NCBI RefSeq assembly: GCF_018350175.1
Contig: NC_058368.1
Location: forward strand, 210,554,001 to 210,618,000
Direction of reading: 5' to 3'
Source: Felis catus
Lineage: Eukaryota
DNA: 64,000 bases
Shown here piece after piece: positions 28,904 to 41,498 of the stretch. Below the pieces are notes generated by a model, which was given only the letters and a program-made list of their open reading frames with translations, had not been told where the DNA came from and searched no databases. Numbering within the stretch: position 1 is the first letter of the stretch; the number at the start of each line of letters is the position of its first letter. Both the position numbers and the translations under genes were made by a program.

Positions 28904-29471
28904 ACTTCTCGAACTTTTTAATGAGTACCCAAATCACCAGAGACTCTTGTTAAAATGCTAATGCTATTTCAGAAGGCTGGATTGGGGTTCAAACTTTAAC
29001 TTGTTAACAAGCTTCTCTGTGATATTGATGCCTCTGGTTTTCAGGTAACACTTCAAGTTACAATGGATAGAGATACCAGCCTGTACATTTCCAGTACTTA
29101 TGGTTTATTATTTTTCCATCTCTAGTTGGCCATCATAATTTGTGATTTTTGACTGCTGAGCCATCCTTTCTTTGTCTTGAAGTTCTGAAAATATGAAGGA
29201 AGCATCAAGAAAATGTATGTGCCTCGCAGGCATGTGTAGGAGAGAAATAGCACTTCCAAGAGACCTTGTGTGGTGACATTCTAATTGGAGAATTTCTCAC
29301 AGCTCCGGGCTGAGTTCCACAGCCTTCCAGCTTCAAGGATCTGAATGTGTCAGTCCACCGAGAGTAGGTCGTTGCTCAAGAGGGACTACACTGAGCAAGC
29401 TCATAGCAATGGTTGCTAAAACTGGAATGCCAAGCCATTCAACTACTATGGCATGTTAGGGTAATGTTTGA

Positions 29472-29694
29472 CATTTTAATTTTTTTTTTCAACGTTTATT
29501 TATTTTTGGGACAGAGAGAGACAGAGCATGAACGGAGGAGGGGCAGAGAGAGAGAGGGAGACACAGAATTGGAAACAGGCTCCAGGCTCCGATCCATCAG
29601 CCCAGAGCCTGACGCGGGGCTCGAACTCACAGACCTCGAGATCGTGACCTGGCTGAAGTCGGACGCTTAACCGACTGCGCCACCCAGGCGCCCC
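29472..29694 (-). mobile_element. Young CAN-SINE (SINEC_Fc-like)
   Basis: TSD tgttagggtaatgtttga at 29454-29471 and 29695-29712. Confidence 0.95.
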
Positions 29695-30914
29695 TGTTAG
29701 GGTAATGTTTGATGTGGAAAACAAACCCTAAAATTTATAAAAGTTCAAACAATGGATATTTAGTTTTCATGCATGAAGCAGTATTATGTACCAACTGTTT
29801 GTGGTCGATGAACAGCTTTCCTCTGTGTAGTGATTCTGGGTTGCAAGATTCCTCCATTTTGTAGTTCGGCTGTTTTTCCAGGGTTTTGTAGTCAATGATA
29901 CTCATGTGCCTGAAGAACAAGAGTGTATAGAGGAGACTGAGCAACTTTCTGAAAAGCTGTGGTCTGGAAGGGGCACCCTCTCTTCTGCTGGCATTTCATT
30001 TGATGATAACTAGTCACATGATTACATAGAAATGCAAGGGAGGCTGGGAAGTGTAGTCCTGGTCAGGGACTCTCCTTGCTGGTGAAAATATATCTAACAT
30101 AAGGTCAATACAAATTTTAGTGGACTACTAGCCGTCTCTGCCACTTAAAACAGCAGTCCCCATTGCCTTCCATTTTCTTAGGGAGGCATGCTTGGTGGTC
30201 TCAGTAACCCATGTGAAATAAGAGATTTTCCAGGTTGAAGGAGTATGGAATGGAGGTCTTTCTATCTTTAACCATGTTAACAACCAAGAAAACAACTTCT
30301 ACAACCGTATCTGGTAATGATTTCCCACTTAGCGAGTCTTGTCACTTGGGCTTTTATGGCTCTATTCCTGACCTTGAAATTCGTGCTAAGACAACACTGA
30401 GGCAATTTTCTTGTTTCATATTGGAGGGGAAAATTAAATCGTAAGAGAATGATCTTATCTGTAGATAATTCAGCAGAATAATCATCTTGATTTAATAAAT
30501 CATGGGAAGGTTTTGGGGTTTGCAAGTATTATATATTGATAATTAAAGTGGACTGTTATTACAGATAGAAATTGTAGGGAACAGTTTTAGAATCAAGTAG
30601 AGTTAAAAATCAGAATATCATTAAGATATTAGCCCTAACATATAATACCAGCTGCTAAAAATGGTAGGAGGGGAGATCTTACTTTTTTTTGGTTGCAGGA
30701 GTTCAGGTAGTAGACGTTTGCACATGTTCCTTACTTTCACTTGAAATTATCAGATCCAAAATAAAATTCATTACTCCTTTCCATGCCCTCCATTAACCTC
30801 CCCCCACCATCTTCTACTTACACCAAGGATGCTTCTATCTCAGTCTGTGTCTTCAGCTACATGAGCAAGAAATCCCAGGATCTTTGTTCCCTCTCTTTCC
30901 AAGAGGCAGAATAA

Positions 30915-31160
30915 AGATGGTTAAGAGTTCAAATGCCAGAACCAGTCTGCATGGTTTAAAATCTGACTCTGTGTGGATTACTAGCTGTATAATCTTGGGC
31001 AAATTACTTGACTTCTCAAACCTCAGTTTCCTCACCTGTTAAGTGGAGATAATAGTAACTACACCACAGGATGAGGATTAAATGAGTTAATAGATGGAAA
31101 GCACTTAGAACTTTACCTGATGCCAGGTAAGTAAGCTATGTAGAAGTGTGTGTTATTATT
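30915..31160 (+). mobile_element. MIR element
   Basis: Core cttgggcaaattacttgacttctc...cctcagtttcctcacctgt...gaggattaaatgagttaat. Confidence 0.85.
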
Positions 31161-31515
31161 TTGCATCACTTTTTAGAGTTATCTGATTATATTTTAGGGT
31201 GTCCCTTCTCTCCTTCTCCACTGTACATGTTCAGTTCCTCTTACCTCAAACTCAGAATGGTCCCCAGATAAGTCCTTACCTGCAGTCTTTTACCTTTTCC
31301 TCCACCCTTCACATTGATACCAAGATGATTTTTCCTAAGCCTCAGGTTCACCCATATCACTTCATTTCTTAAAGATGTTCAGTAACTCCCCAAGCCCATT
31401 TAAAAGTTAAGATATCTTGGCATGGCATTTAAGGCCTCCCTGATTTGTCCTGACCTATATGTTTACAGACATCTGTCCCATCACATCCTTCATGTTTTCC
31501 ATGCTTTGGTTATAC

Positions 31516-32070
31516 AGTGTGTTCTCATAAAGAATTTCTCTGGTGTTTGTCCTGGGTTCTTGGAGCATGAGCTTCTAAAATTTCCTGAGTGAGAGCATGT
31601 CTTTGTTATGTTAACAAGGTGACCCAGAGTGAACACCTAGACAGTTTCAGGATGGAGACCGCTCACCAGAAAGCTGTACCATATGATGAAAGAGTTAGAA
31701 CTTTGGGCCAGCCCACCTCTGAAAAGGGGAGGGGTTCTGGAGACTGAGTTCAGTTTCACAGACAATGATTTAATCAAGCATGCCCACATAAGGAACTCCA
31801 ATAAAAACTCTTAATACTGAGTCTCAGTGGCACTTGCTGGTTGGTGAACATATTGATTTGCTGGGAGTGTGACATCCCATGATTTCAGAAGAAGAGAAGA
31901 GAGCACTCTGCATTTCCTCTCAGACTTTGCCTTACACGTCTCTTTATCCTCCTGATTTGCATTTTTTATAATGAAACTGTAATTGTCAGTAAGCATAATG
32001 CTTTTCTGAGTTCTGGAGTCATGCTAGTGACTTACTGAAACTGAGGGTGTCATAGGAACCTGCATTTTGA
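31516..32070 (+). mobile_element. LTR remnant (MER21-like)
   Basis: cctagacagtttcaggatgg...ctggagactgagttca...aatgatttaatcaagcatgcc resembles recalled MER21 family. Confidence 0.6.
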
Positions 32071-32089
32071 ACCAAGTGGCTATAAACTC

Positions 32090-32370
32090 AAGGCTGTAAT
32101 ATAAAAATCCTGCCTGAATTTGTAGCCTGCCCCACAGAATTCAGACTTAAGACTTCATCAACTCTTACCTGATGCCAGCTTGCCAGCTTGCTCTATGGAC
32201 TTTCCAGCCCTCACAATCATGTGAACCACTTTCTTAAAGTAAATCTATATATATAGTTCCCTCTCTCTCTCTCTCTTTGTCTCCTCTCCACTGCCCCCTC
32301 CAGCCTCCCCCAGCCTACATTAACACACACTATTGGTTCTGTTTCTCTGGAGAACTCTGACTAATACTGA
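32090..32370 (+). mobile_element. MLT2-like LTR 3' fragment
   Basis: cacaatcatgtgaaccactttctta...tattggttctgtttctctggagaactctgactaatac. Confidence 0.7.
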
Positions 32371-33721
32371 TGTGCGAACAGCCCTGAAGTAAGAAGTAAA
32401 CATCTGAAGTAAGAGCATTCTTGTTGGAGACTGTCCTCCATCACTTGAGGGGCCTGTCCTAACTCTGAGTGGTTAGTACCAGAATTGATTTTCAGTACAC
32501 TCAGTTGGGGTTGAAGCAGCGTAACAAGCTGAGTGATTCTTTGCTAAACTGGCTCAAATCTCAAGGCCCAATTCAAAAGATAAAGTCTTTACAAAGCTTT
32601 CCACAATCTTCCAACAAGATTGACTTCCTCTTTCATTATTCTATTCCTCTTTTACTGAGTATATATGTGTCTTTATATCACAGTCTGCCAGTCAGATGTA
32701 TAAGAAATTTTACTTTGTTTTCTCTAATAGACTTTCAGACTTGGAGCATTCCTCCCTTCAAGATGGCTGGCAGAAAATGTAGCTTAAGTCTTTCCTGGGA
32801 CTTCCACTTAAGGTTTTTCCATGGTTCTTAGATCTGGCATGCAGGGGAGGGGCAGGATATAATCTCAGCTCATACAGGCTATCCTTGAGACATCTACTGT
32901 TTTTCAAGGTCTCTTAAGTCCATTGAATTATGGCAGCTCCTCTACCATACTTGGGAAATGACAACTTTGAGAAGCTACTAATGGGGTAGATGAAGAGCTC
33001 ACTTTCGAGAGCTCACTTTCGAGATCTAAGTGAGGAATCCAACAGGAAGTTGGATATTCATCCATTAAACCAACAAGTATTTACTGAGAAAATATTCAGT
33101 ATTATCAGTGGGTAATATCTTAGGTGCTGGGGATTTAACCTTGAACAAAAGACATATGATATATTTACTTGTGGAAGTTCAAATTATTAGACATGATTCT
33201 AAAGTTCAGGGTGTTGGTCTGGATGGTTAGGAAAATCTTGAAGGTGAGGAGCCAGTGAATGTAATGAAAAAAGCAAAGGTACAAGAGATATCAGATGACT
33301 GAAGGGGCAAAGTTCTGGAGTAGGAGGGAAAGATGGAGTAAAGGACTTAATGGTTGATTTGGTCTTCTACTGACAGAGGGGCATCTTCTCCTTTGACTGG
33401 GAGAACAGTTGTTAAGGATTTATGGGAATTTGGGAGCTTGTAGATGGAAATAGAAAGAGAAGAAAAAGAGTCATGGCCCAGTTTTCTCAAAGCAAAGGCA
33501 AAAACATCTGCTGGGAATGAGGAGGACTGAGATTCAATGGGGGACTTGGGGAGGTGGAGATTTGGCAGTAGTCATGGAGGTCATTGGAAGGGAAAAGATG
33601 CTGCCAAGCACAAATAAAGGAAAGCACAAATTTATGTGGACACCATTTTGGCAGAATTATGAGATTTTTCAACCAGGATAGTAAAGCAGATAGGATAAAG
33701 AAGAGATGTGAATCGTAGAGA

Positions 33722-34209
33722 TGTGTCATATTGAAATAGGACTTTAGCTACCTCCATTTTGACCTCAATGTGTACTTTCTACCTAATTAGGTTCTTTTTT
33801 TCCAGCTTATCTCTGAACTCGGGCAAAAGACCTGCCAGGAAAAGCATCCCATAATGGGAACCAAAACCACATCTTCAAGCAATAACTGCCCTGATGCTAG
33901 CAAGACCCCACATAACTGACCCCAAAGCAGTGATTGACCTGACCTTTACTTCTCACCTACATGTACCCACCAACTTTTGTTCCATATTTTCCTTATATAA
34001 ACCTAGAAGTATTTTTTTTTTTTACTTTGGAGACAGACTCGGGGATATCAGACCTCTGTCTTCCTGGCCTCACTGAAATAAATTCCTTTCTTGTTTCACC
34101 ACTGTTCATCTCTCTGCCTTTGGATTTTGTCAGTGATGAGTGGCCAAACCTGGTCTATTTGGGATTCCTGGAGCCAGGTGCTCTTTTGCACCCTTGGGCC
34201 CAGGTTACA
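33722..34209 (+). mobile_element. Solo LTR, family not assigned
   Basis: TG...CA ends, TATAAA near 33995, AATAAA near 34077. Confidence 0.5.
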
Positions 34210-34313
34210 ATTTCATCTTGTTCCATAGTATCTATCTCTGCAATTTGCACACAAGAGGTGCTCAATGAACTGTGCTGGAATTCAGTAATTATTTAAAAGA
34301 TAGGAGGATAGGG

Positions 34314-34405
34314 TTTCCGATTCTGTGTTTCCCTCTCTCTCTGCCCCTCCCCCGTTCATGCTCTGTCTCTCTCTGTCCCAAAAATAAATAAATGTTGAAA
34401 AAAAA
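34314..34405 (+). mobile_element. 5'-truncated young CAN-SINE
   Basis: Only 3' half and tail; TSD aaaagataggaggataggg at 34295-34313 and 34406-34424. Confidence 0.92.
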
Positions 34406-35369
34406 AAAAGATAGGAGGATAGGGAAATCTTGAAGTTCACTGTTGTGTCACCCATAACACAAGGAAGAAATCAGATGATGACTCTGGAACAGTAGAATCT
34501 CATTTTTTTCTTGAATAAATCAGTATCAATGTTATTCTAGAAAATTAAACATTACAGAAAAAAATGGAAGTTTTAATTCCAAGTAAGAATTATATTAAGA
34601 AACATTTTATTCTTTTAATTATTTTTATTATGATAATAAAACATATATACTCCCTTCCAAAAGGAAAAGAAGACAAATGTAGTAATTGGAAAATCCCTTA
34701 CTTTTATATAGTAATCTATCATTCCATTCTTCTCCTTATTAATAACCACTGAAAACATTTTGGAGCTTTGCCTTCAAAGTTTTGCCTCAGAGTTTTTCTG
34801 AGCATATTCTAACTCTAATTTTCTTTCTCTGTCTATATATACTTTTTAAAAAATATATTTTGTAGTAGACACTTTTGTTTGCTTCTTTAACATCCTTTAT
34901 TTCCTTCCTCTCACCCCTATTTTGTCCAGATTCCCATCTCATCCCCAGGTCCAGAAAGTGAGCCATTTCCAAGCCAGTCAGTGCATGGCATTCATTAGTG
35001 ACTGGCACTGGTCTAAGGATGTGCACATGACTTTAGCTGGGTCAGTCATACTGAAGGGAAGAAATTACATTTTGTGCTTAGGAGAGAAGTGTGTGTTTTT
35101 TTCCTCTTGCTTAACAATTTATGTGAGAAATGGCTATATTTTTTGTTATTAGATTAAAGGATCTATAAATATTGAAACCCTTTTATTGGCCAACGACTTT
35201 TCCTTCCCTAAAGATTCCCAGTACACGTATAGACAAAAGCCATTTCATTAAGGACTGGAGAGAAGGTATCTTTGGGTCTGCTGCTGTATGGATGGGACAG
35301 GGGAGCTTCTTCAGATAGGGATGCCATTTGTGTTCTCCTGTAAATGTGGCCTTATATCTGTCCTCATAT

Positions 35370-35890
35370 CTGACTGAAGGAGGTGCATTAGTGACTCAAC
35401 TCTTCATCCCTTTCCTATCTGCATGCTTTACCTTATGTTTCAGAGTTCGCACACAAAAGAAAGTATTCTTTCACTCCTTGAGCTTGGTCATTTGGCCTGT
35501 TTGACCAATAAGATGAGGTGCAAGTGACAGGTGTGCTGATTCTGAGCTTAAGCCTCAAAAGGTTTTTGTGTTTCTGTTTGCTCTCTTGTGCCTCTACTAT
35601 GAAAAGAATAAACCTGAGTTCCCTTTTTGTCTCAAGAAAAAGATAGGAAAGTCACAGATCAGTGGTATTCCCAGCTGAACCCAGCCTAAATCAGCTGACT
35701 TCTGTTCTGTTGCTGATGTTGAACTCTTCTCAGCTAATACTAGTAGAACCACCCAGCAGAATCCAACCTAGGTCATTCAACTCCCACATAATGGAAAATT
35801 TGTGACAATACATGATGTTGTTTGAAGCCACTCAATTTTGGCATGGATTGTTACTAAGCACCCATATAGCAATAGCTAACAGATACACAG
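35370..35890 (+). mobile_element. MaLR (MLT1-like) LTR remnant
   Basis: ttctgagcttaagcctcaaaagg...gttgtttgaagccactcaattttggc...gcaatagctaacagataca. Confidence 0.6.
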
Positions 35891-36207
35891 ATCAATCTGG
35901 TAGTTTCTCATTGTGGGAATGAGAGGGGGAAGGAGTAAGAGGGAGGTGGAGCCTCTGCAGAATTTCCTCTTTCTAGAAACATTGACAAAATGGCATAGAT
36001 GTTTTTCTTTATCAGTTATCTAAAAATGTACCATATTTCTTTTAGTGATTTTGTTAATATTCTATAATATAGATATACCATATTTTATTTAGAATATTTA
36101 CAGTTTTTCTCCATTAGAAGCAGTACTGCATAGATATTTTTTGTGCATAATCTTTGAGCCCTTTCTGTGATTATTTCTTTAGAAAATTCTTAAAAGTAGA
36201 ATTTTGA

Positions 36208-36396
36208 GGAGTGCCTGAGTGGTTCAGTCGGTTAAGCATCCGACTCTTGATTTCAGCTCAGATCATGATCTCATGGTTTGTGAGTTCAAGCTCTATGTTG
36301 GGCTCTGTGCTGACAGTGTGGAGCCTGCTTGAGATTCTCTCTTCTCTCTCTCTCTCTCTCTCTCTGTGTCAAAAATAAATAAATAAACATTTAAAA
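36208..36396 (+). mobile_element. CAN-SINE within AT-rich old L1-like sequence
   Basis: Head, (CT)n, tail; TSD-like aaaagt(a/g)gaattttg. Confidence 0.88.
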
Positions 36397-39300
36397 AGTG
36401 GAATTTTGGAATATACCCATTTACATTTTTCTATGTATTTCCAAATCACCCTCTTAAAAGTTTGCACTAATTTATACTCACACCAAAAGTATATGAAAAT
36501 GCCTTTCCCCGCATTGAAGTTTGGCAATATTTTTAATTTTCACAATTTTATAGGTAAAAAATTTACCTCATTATGTTATGTGAATTTTTTTATTCTGAAG
36601 GAGATCCAGCATATTTTCATATTTTTAGAATAAATTTCACTTCTTCTGTGAACCCGCAGCTCATGTGCTTGTTCATGTTCCTCTTAGATTGTTTTTCGCT
36701 TATTGATTCGTAAGACTCTTTAGATATTAAGGCTATTAGCAGTTTGTCACATTGTTACTATATTTTTCCAGTTTATTTTTATCTTTTCTTTTCGTTGTGG
36801 ATTTTTTTAATACAATAAAAAAATTACCAACATTCTATATTTTACATATGCAAATGTATCACTCCTTTTCTTTTATGGTTTCTGGGTTTTATGTCTTTTT
36901 TAGAAATGCTTTTTACATCCAAAGAATATAAAATTATTTGCCCATGTCTTCTAGCATATTTTTCATTTTAAAAATTATTTATATCTTTGATCTACGTTGG
37001 ATTTATTTTAGAAGAAGTCAGTTAGTTCTTTCCTCTTTATCTAAAATTGGCTAGTGTATTGTTCTAATCTCTATTAAATAATGCACCTTTCTCTACTAAT
37101 TAAAAGCAAATGAAAATTTTTTAAGTACACGGATCTGGACACATAGGTTTTCTATCTATTCCATTGATTGTCAAAAAGCAAAACAAAACAAAACAAAACA
37201 AAAAAGAAAAAAGAAAATTAAAAGAAAAAAGAAAAATCTAACCAGGGATATCTGCAGTTTCTAGGCAAGTAATACCCTTGCAAATTTTTGTGCTGATAAT
37301 TATTATCATTTTGTGACTTGTAAATGTATAACGAAAGTAATTTATATTGCCTCTAAAAAATGAATAAAATGTCAAAACCACCCATATAGGCTCTTCTCAA
37401 TTCTTTTCTTCTCCAGAATTGTGCAGGCTCTTCTTAAACATATATTTTTCCACATGATATTTAGAATAATAGCATATATATATATGTGTGTATGTATATG
37501 ATGTAGAAGACTACACATCATTTATGAAATATGACTATTTCTGAGTAGTGGGGTTGAGGAATGAGGACTTTTACTTGCTGTATTATAGATGTCTGTGTTT
37601 CTTGAATTTTGAGGAACAAGCAAGTATTAGTTTAGTAACAAATATTCAGTGAAGATTTAAAGAAATATATCAGCATATGTAAATATTATAATCAAAGACC
37701 TTAATGAAGTGTTTGTGTCTTTTAGTGTTTTGTTTTGTTTTTGTTATTGTTTTTTTTTATGCTTGGTCTCTTTGGGTTTTGCAATATGCAATGATTTCAT
37801 CTGCCAATAATAAATATTTAGTTTCATAAAACATTAAAATCCTGTTTAATATTTATGTTTCTTTCTTTTTCTCCTTGTCTAATTGCATTTGATAGCATTT
37901 CTAGAACAATGTTAAATGTGGTAACAGTGGAATTTCTGCTGTTTTATCTCTAAGTTTAATGGAGTACTTAATATTTCACCATTGAGCATGACTCTGGCTT
38001 CTATTCTATTTTACTAAAGTTGTTTTTTTTTTCATTAAAAAATAAATCCTAAGCATCACTTAAATCTACATTGCCAATGTCACATCTTAATTCATGAAAT
38101 TTTATTAATATGTAAAAAAGGGACTTCACAGCATATTTATCAGTCTTGTGATAGGGCATTTATTGGATTTTTATCTAATTAAATTATCCCTTAGGCTATA
38201 AAAGCAATATTTCACTCTTCTCAGTGGATAAAAGTGTCTTTAACTTAATATTAAAACATTTTCTGATTATTTATCTTTTTTGTTTAATAGCTAGTCCAAT
38301 TTATACTTTGCAGCAACTAATTTGTCATAGAAAAAGTCCTCAGCCTCTGCGAGTTCTCTTCTCCTTGTTGAGAAACCTTTACCCAGAGTAGAAAGGGAGT
38401 GACCCTAATAATTTACAGTTGAGGAGTCCACCAGATCAACTCAAGTGTTTCTGCAGAATTCAGCATTGAAATTTTATTTTTCAAACCTCAGGGGCTTCCC
38501 GGGTCATTTGCTTCACATTTGGTTTTCACCAGTAGCTTCTGGAGTGTTAACGTATTCCTCCCACCCACCAAGTTTTACTCATCATACTTTCTTTGCCTGA
38601 ACAGCTGCCTCCTTGTGAACTATACACAAATCCCACATGAATGCCACAAGCAAATAAAAGGTAGAAGTTAGATTAGACTTCAGTGTGCATCTAAAATAAA
38701 CTAAATAAATGAATAAACAAGATTAAATGCAGATATTCATCACAGAAATGAAGCTTTGGAAAATTCCTTCACCCTATTGTTTCCCCGTTTCTGTGGTTAC
38801 AGTGGTTAATAGTGCAGCTGGGGAGGTAACTGTGGATGGGGAAGGCAACTGACTCCTTACACGTGGCTGCCCAGATGTGCCGCTCACTCAGGGATGCAGT
38901 GCCTGCCTCTGAGCATCCCAGCCTGGCATCATTCTATCCTGAATGATGGTGAGGAAGCACACTGACTAATATAGCATCATTCACTAACATGCTGATTCAT
39001 TCATTCCATGTTTATGGTTAAGTGCCTTCTAGACCTTAGGTGCTGTGTTTAACAACAGACATAAACCCCAATAAGTCATAGAGTGCTTAGAAGACCAGAG
39101 GGGAGTCAGATGAGGTAATTGCAGATCAATGTGGTGACAGTAGGGGTAAGCATAAGGTACTCTAGGATTTCTCCATACACACATGAAATTTATTATGCCA
39201 CACCCCTGATTGAAATCCTTCCAAGTACCCCCACCCCCTGAAGGCTAAATCAAAACTTCTAAGCCTGGCATGTCAAATGCTTAACCGCTGGTCCCCACCA

Positions 39301-39628
39301 ATTGTGCCACATGCCATCTCAGCCACTGCTCAGTAGACTTTGTGCCTGTGGATGGCTTCCAATGGACCACCTGCTGAATGAACCAGCAACACTCTTCATT
39401 CATTCTCTCTGTGAGATACAATGACACCCATGTTGAGACTTGGCTGCCAGCAGGCTATCCTCCAGTGCTCTCTGTACCCACCAAGTGAGACACAAACTCA
39501 CCCAAGTCAGTCCTGCGTGTCCCAAACTCATTTAGGCCAGTTCAACCTGTTATTGTAATCACATTATGAAGCTGATAAAGTATGAGTATGAAAGAAAGTC
39601 TGATGCTGATCTATAAGAACTACCTTCT

Positions 39629-39845
39629 GGGGCGCCTGGGTGGCGCAGTCGGTAAGTGCCCGACTTCAGCCAGGTCACGATCTCGCGGTCCGTGAGTTCG
39701 AGCCCCGCGTCGGGCTCTGGGCTGATGGCTCAGAGCCTGGAGCCTGTTTCTGATTCTGTGTCTCCCTCTCTCTCTGCCCCTCCCCTGTTCATGCTCTCTC
39801 TCTGTCCCAAAAATAAATAAACGTTGAAAAAAAATTTTTTAAAAA
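39629..39845 (+). mobile_element. Young CAN-SINE (SINEC_Fc-like)
   Basis: TSD aagaactaccttc at 39615-39627 and 39846-39858. Confidence 0.95.
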
Positions 39846-39905
39846 AAGAACTACCTTCAATGGTTTGAAAATACTTGACAAAGGCATGTTGAAAGAATAT
39901 TGCTA

Positions 39906-40135
39906 GGGGCACCTGGGTGGTTCAGTTGGTTAAGCATCCAACTCTTGATTTCAGCTCAGGTCATGATCTTAGGGTTCGTGTGTTCGAGCCCTGCATCAGG
40001 CTCTGCGCTGACAGTGCGGAGCCTGCTTAGGATTCTTTCTCTCTCTCTGTCTCTCAATCTCTCTCAAAAAATAAATAAACTAAAAAAAAAAATTTTAACT
40101 GAAAAAAATTAAAAATTAAAAAAATTAAAAAAAAA
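39906..40135 (+). mobile_element. CAN-SINE
   Basis: Head, (CT)n, long A tail; TSD aagaatattg. Confidence 0.9.
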
Positions 40136-41492
40136 AAGAATATTGTTACCCATATGCTTGATAACATGATGGTGCAAGATTAGGCTGAGGGATACCTTTA
40201 AAAAGTTAAGCATCTACACTTAGATTTTTTTGTAGGTGTTTGAAAATCCTTATCCATTTTAAAGAAAGCAAAACTAGACAAAGTAGTTGATGTTTTGCAG
40301 TGTGTTACCAAAGAAAGATAAGGTGAAGCTATGGTCGGGAACCCACAACCCAAAGGAGAAGGTTTGGCCTTGTTACAAAAGGGTGGTGAATGGACATACA
40401 GTCAAATGTTTTTAATTAAAATAAAATGTTCCAGGCATATATGTATTATTTTTTTATACAAGTGCCCTGTGTCTGACTTTTGGGAATAACCACCAATGCC
40501 CTACTGTTCCCGACTGAGGCTGACAAGGAGACATCACCTATTGTAGCTGTAACTCCTTAAATGCCCCAATGCTCTGTCACAGCTCCATGGCTTTGAGCGC
40601 ATTGTTTCCTCTGCTAGGAAATGTCCTCTGGGCTCCTATATCTGGCACATTCCTACTTACTCTGCCTTGCCACATCAAGTGCGATTTCCTTCACATTACC
40701 TCTCCTGGTTTGTTTGCTTGTTTGTTTGTTTGTTTTCCCAGCCAGCGGCAGAATGTCCTTCCTATATTTGGGGACTACCCCAATCTATGAGGCACAGCCT
40801 CTTACTGGAGAAGATGTAAATGCCACCTATATTCTTCTCTGCTTCCCATTGCTAGGGCCCAGGCACATGAGCTCGGCATAGTTCTAATCAACCACAGGCT
40901 CCAGCTCTACCTCTAAACTGGTGGCCAGTAGGTGAAGCTGCTGGATGTTGCTGCTCGCTCTGCTCTGGGGTTGGTGGTGACAATGGCGGAGGCTCTTTTC
41001 AGTTTCTGGATGTGCCAGTGGTAGAGATAAGGGGAGGCTCTGTGAACTCCATGTTCGATTCTCAGATATTCTGGGAGCACTCTAGTAGCCTTTATTAAAT
41101 TCCTTTTCTGCACAAATCAGCCTAAATTTGCTTCCATTGCTTACACTGAGAATCCTGATAATGCTTTGCTTGCAAGCAGTGATACGACACTGGAACTATC
41201 CCTATGTGTCTCTGTCCCCCTGTGATAGTGAGCTGGGAACAGTACATTTCATGCCTGTAACTCCAGTGCCTAGCACGGAACAAAGTAAGGCAAGGCATAT
41301 CCTCAACAAATTGCTGTTTAATTCATTAACTTGTGAATTAATTACTTAATCGATGAGTGACGTTCCTCTGAAAATCCAAATATAAAATGACAGCAAGTGA
41401 CACCAGAATGTTTTCAGTGGTTGAGGAGGTCTGTGGCCTATTCTGTCCCTATTCTTCACAGAAGACAAGCACAGGCACAGAGTTCCATAGCA

Positions 41493-41498
41493 TTTAAT
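41493..41498 (-). promoter_or_regulatory. Candidate IL7R polyadenylation signal (ATTAAA on minus strand)
   Basis: About 2.9 kb downstream of the stop, similar to the recalled ~3 kb human 3'UTR; alternative AATAAA at 42696-42701 and 41091-41096 cannot be excluded. Confidence 0.3.
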
